Assembly (NCBI GenBank): GCA_964035545.1
Contig: OZ037767.1
Span: 2,243,680 to 2,307,679 of the forward strand
Reading direction: 5' to 3'
DNA length: 64,000 bases
DNA from: Bugula neritina
Lineage: Eukaryota; Animalia; Bryozoa
Below, one piece after another: positions 61,601 to 64,000 of the stretch. Position 1 is the stretch's first letter. The number at the start of each line of letters is the position of its first letter. The position numbers and the translations under genes were made by a program. A model generated the notes under the pieces. The model had not been told where the DNA came from and did no database searches. It saw only the letters and a list, made by a program, of their open reading frames with translations.

Positions 61601-63722
61601 GATTTAACGGCTGAGCCACTCCTGCGAAGCCAGGTATGTACTGCCGGTAGTACCCTACTAGGCCCAGGAACGCGCGCAACTCAGGGAGGTCACGGGGGAC
61701 AGTCCACTCCTTCACAGCCTGTACCTTCTCTGGGTCGGTAGCGACCCCATCACGGCCAACCACATGGCCAAGGTACGTGACTTCTGGCTGCAGGAGTGCA
61801 CACTTGGAGGGCTTCAGCTTCAGTCCAGCTGCCCGGAGACGGTCAAAGACCTCCCGCAGACGACTGACATGAGTCGAGAAGTCTGGGGAAATGACAATGA
61901 CGTCGTCTAGATAGATGAGGAGGGTCTTCCAGTGTAACCCACTGAGGACCTGCTCCATGAGCCGTTGGAAAGTTGCCGGAGCGGACGTTAGTCCAAATGG
62001 CAGTACTTTCCACTTCCAGAGCCCGTCGCGAGTGATGAATGCTGCTTTGTCCTGGGCATCAGGACTGAGGGGTACTTGCCAGTACCCGCTAAGCAGATCC
62101 AAAGTACTGAAGTACTTGCTACCCGCGAGGGCATCTAGAGACTCATCTATCCGTGGGAGAGGGTAGGCGTCCTGGATGGTAACGCTGTTGAGTCTGCGGT
62201 AGTCCACACAGAATCTCCAGCTACCATCCTTCTTCTTGACCAGGACTACTGGAGAGCTCCACGCACCGTGGGCAGGCTCAATCAGATTCCGGTCGAGAAG
62301 ATCCTGTACCTGTCGGCTCACCTCCTTCTCCTTCTCCGGGCCTAGACGCCGGGTAGGCTGCCTAATGGGAGTGGTGCCGGCTGCCAGGGGTATCTCGTGG
62401 GAGATGACCTTGGTCAGCCCCATGTCTTCATCGCCACGACTGAAGACATCACTGTACTCTGCAAGTAGTTGAGCCAGTACTTGGCGTTCAGTACTACTGG
62501 TACAGTTTCGGCACGCTCCATCGTATAGGTCAGCCACATGCTCCGGGACTGCTCCTCGTCTGGTGTGAGGGGGTTTACCCTGGGTGTCGGCCACTGTCTC
62601 CAGTGCCGGACCCACATCCGCTTCCTGGATGGAGTGGTACTTCCCCACCAGCGCTCCGGCCGATAATCGGATAGGTTCCGTGAAGGGGTTGATGCACTGC
62701 ACGAGGAGCTCCTGCCGACAATCTAGCCGATTCAGGCTGTTTGCTAGTCGGATCGCTCCGTGCGTTCCCTCAACCACCCCCAGGCCGGCGATCCCTTTGC
62801 AGTTGACTCTGCAGCGAAGAGTCGCCTGGGATCTCCCCGGAACCGTGCAGTCCCGCACTACCTGGACTCCGCCCACCAAGGGCCTTCCGAACTTGTCGAC
62901 GCAGACAAGCTCCTTCCCAGCCATCACCACCACTGACTTCTGGAAATCCATGTAACACTGGTGTTCCTCCAGAAACGGCATTCCCAGGATGGCGTCCTCC
63001 TTCAGCTGGCTGACTATGAACGTCTCGTGAATTGCTTGATCACGGACGCGTCCAGGTAGTGAAATGACGCCGTAGAAAGGAATGCATGATCCGTCCGCCA
63101 ACGTACCATGCGCACCTTCATACGGCTCGAGGCTCGCCCGCTCTCGTGCACCAAGAGTGTCAAAGAGACGCCTACTCAGCAGGTTGGTAGTGCACCCAGT
63201 ATCCAGTAGGAATGTGGCAGCTTTACCCGAAATCTTTCCGGGCAGGAAGTAGCTGCTTCCATACGGCTGGGTGCTCCTGGAGCGGTCAGTCTCTGGGGGA
63301 GACACAACTTGGGTCCGCACAGCGGGCCTCCTCTTCGTCTTAGAGACAACGGGGGTTTTCTGAGGTCGGGAGGGTAGCTTGGGGTACTCTTGCGAGTAAG
63401 CTGAATCCTCCTCCACAACCTCCTCGGGCAACCCCGCGAACCGGTTACGGAGTGGCCAGGCTGGAGGATCGGGTAGACCTTGCGGTCTCCGAGATCTCCG
63501 AGGTGCCTGCCATCCTGCTTCTTCTAGCTGCATCCGGGTCTCGAGTGACACGGCCGGAGGATCGGGTAGACCTTGCGGTCTCCGAGGTCTCCGTGGCCTC
63601 TGCCACTCGGTATCGGCAGACCCTGTGGAGGTCTCTTCTTCTCCTCTTCGAGTCCTATCCCGGATGGGATTGGCGTGAGGCCCACGGTTGGCGGAAGTTA
63701 CCGTGAGCCTTGGGTGTTTAAA
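58623..63722 (-). CDS. pol: Gypsy pol polyprotein (protease, RT, RNase H, integrase, Pro-rich tail), entered by -1 frameshift
   Basis: LLDTGC (protease); WRFCVDYRRLN, LPFGL and YLDD (RT); DTDAS (RNase H); H-x4-H..C-x2-C zinc finger and DLVGP..HTDQG..VERNN (DDE integrase); GPY. The frame stays open upstream of 63551 to the slippery site at 63716-63722. Confidence 0.95.
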   Translation of the reverse strand, partial: FKHPRLTVTSANRGPHANPIRDRTRRGEEETSTGSADTEWQRPRRPRRPQGLPDPPAVSLETRMQLEEAGWQAPRRSRRPQGLPDPPAWPLRNRFAGLPEEVVEEDSAYSQEYPKLPSRPQKTPVVSKTKRRPAVRTQVVSPPETDRSRSTQPYGSSYFLPGKISGKAATFLLDTGCTTNLLSRRLFDTLGARERASLEPYEGAHGTLADGSCIPFYGVISLPGRVRDQAIHETFIVSQLKEDAILGMPFLEEHQCYMDFQKSVVVMAGKELVCVDKFGRPLVGGVQVVRDCTVPGRSQATLRCRVNCKGIAGLGVVEGTHGAIRLANSLNRLDCRQELLVQCINPFTEPIRLSAGALVGKYHSIQEADVGPALETVADTQGKPPHTRRGAVPEHVADLYDGACRNCTSSTERQVLAQLLAEYSDVFSRGDEDMGLTKVISHEIPLAAGTTPIRQPTRRLGPEKEKEVSRQVQDLLDRNLIEPAHGAWSSPVVLVKKKDGSWRFCVDYRRLNSVTIQDAYPLPRIDESLDALAGSKYFSTLDLLSGYWQVPLSPDAQDKAAFITRDGLWKWKVLPFGLTSAPATFQRLMEQVLSGLHWKTLLIYLDDVIVISPDFSTHVSRLREVFDRLRAAGLKLKPSKCALLQPEVTYLGHVVGRDGVATDPEKVQAVKEWTVPRDLPELRAFLGLVGYYRQYIPGFAGVAQPLNRLTAKGVRWQWTQEEQQAFDHLKQRLMEAPILAYPDPAQEYILDTDASDHSVGAVLSQVQGGSEVVVAYYSKTLAAAEKNYCTTRKELLAVVKAVKHFRPYLYGRTFRLRTDHASLIWLCKRAEPSSQVARWLEILAEFSYRIEHRAGRKHGNADGMSRRPVGDCKQCLHIEKRDGGPARLDVETELGEGAVYRWEHGHLRTETHSDDVQALHANPTLYQNVKELCRLQETLPGAVADIFRAKKEGRRPSEEQQRQGDVEFQLLCRRWDALKVSPDGLLMITLAADNRQQERDRVVCPRALRRELIWDTHKQAHSGVSRVIRCLRLRWYWPGMTRDVRLRVRQCEVCQASKHGRPTETTGRRRLYAGRPWQVVAVDLVGPMPLSARGNTWILVLTDHFTRWADALAIPDATAPTVARTLDQHVFCYLGLPEQIHTDQGAQFQSQLMGDLCRIWGVNQSRTTPYHPQGNGVVERNNRMLGDALRSLLLGRGQEEWDVVLPQIMRAYRSTPHSATQETPNFLMLGRETRVPEHLTYHVPAPESPVHEYVEGLIDIMGKAHDALRTQQWQTRTEDSEEPPLYQVGDWVWMVSYRRRRGQSAKLQPKFVGPYCVVEVLPNHTYRVERSGQVSVQSEQRLKPYHASPDAVGEAPPLLEPHRQPNRKGRATQPREVEIVVPRESDQEQAALIEQLERQQREEREQEQRQALGPPPSLGEDTPTPVLGEGGDPPTRVAQEPPTPPVPVPIERSQRSRRPPRYLADYAVGHLEWPPHEDNPPSTDDHPILAGNSLHHPGEFHQEEDFTQLARELQLKLNCNPDTPKYNLNTVIQTLASAMGVTSPDTQTEERKDTEEASRSDSPPPPAPVSAPRSQQYDTPSSEVCSASVSGPDPEPVELQLTAGEEQGTLYGDHLAGRDEEDPPILAMPRALVARQYWISGAPGNQIEEQTQPTHPQLPRHGQSMALPYRECVLDSAIEAWSHILDPSTEEIESLVHHL
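63678..63722 (-). other. -1 ribosomal frameshift signal: U UUA AAC + 5-nt spacer + 11-bp stem-loop
   Basis: The gag frame reads CCT TTA AAC (heptamer 63722-63716). AGGCTCACGGT/ACCGTGGGCCT pair with one G-U around an 11-nt loop (63710-63678). The -1 frame is the pol frame. Confidence 0.88.
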
Positions 63723-64000
63723 GGCCCTTGGCCTCTAGGGCAGTGCCTCCTCACGTGCCCATGCGCCCCGCACCCCCAACAGGTTAGCAGAGATGAGCGG
63801 ACAGGGTTGTCCCGTGAATGGGGAGCCCGCCTATCCGCCTGTTCGTTCTGCAACTTCGTCACCGTAGCCTGCAGGCCTTTCATCATGTCCATTAACATGG
63901 TGAGCTGCGTCTGCTCGGGTGATTTAGTTGCAGCTGCTGCTACCTGTGGAGTTGGAAGTGGGGTGGTCTCCTCATGCTCCTCGACCACTTGGCGGGCTGT
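63698..64000 (-). CDS. gag: Gypsy gag C-terminus (partial)
   Basis: CWGCGAHGHVRRHC = CX2CX4HX4C zinc knuckle. The frame is open to the window edge; TAA at 63698. Confidence 0.9.
   Translation of the reverse strand, partial: TARQVVEEHEETTPLPTPQVAAAATKSPEQTQLTMLMDMMKGLQATVTKLQNEQADRRAPHSRDNPVRSSLLTCWGCGAHGHVRRHCPRGQGPLNTQGSR

Larger units (their letters stand above)
57862..64000 (-). mobile_element. Ty3/Gypsy LTR retrotransposon (5' part outside window)
   Basis: gag CCHC knuckle, then pol with PR-RT-RH-IN order, then PPT and 3' LTR. The body is GC-rich against AT-rich host DNA. Confidence 0.97.

Noticed and set aside
58661-63706. Many + strand and alternative-frame ORFs over the retroelement
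   Set aside because: Expected shadow ORFs of a GC-rich pol gene.

Overview
AT-rich, intron-dense animal genomic DNA (an invertebrate, by inference). Gene models were spliced by hand from GT-AG sites and reading phase, because the ORF track shows only fragments. (1) Two tail-to-tail paralogs of a CATSPERG-like gene (CatSper sperm Ca2+-channel gamma subunit) form a large inverted duplication: a 5'-incomplete + copy (<187-17441) and an apparently full-length - copy (38477-19004). Neither stops after the transmembrane helix. In the + copy, 26 phase-compatible exons from the TM exon onward encode about 1,345 aa: about 11 alpha-helical ~50-aa repeats, a dynein stalk-head (microtubule-binding domain)-like segment, and a CRAL-TRIO_N/CRAL-TRIO(Sec14)/GOLD lipid-binding module. 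This CatSper-gamma/helical rod/MTBD-like/Sec14-GOLD fusion is the main candidate novel system. The paralogs show patchy near-identity (gene-conversion-like) beside one strongly diverged extracellular exon, and carry copy-specific MITEs and a solo LTR. (2) A TTC13-like gene (-) is head-to-head with (3) a complete Rab8 gene (+). (4) The 3' exons of a HYR-domain gene (-) follow. (5) An intact-looking Ty3/Gypsy LTR retrotransposon (-) has a 3' LTR, a PPT and a UUUAAAC + stem-loop -1 frameshift between gag and pol.
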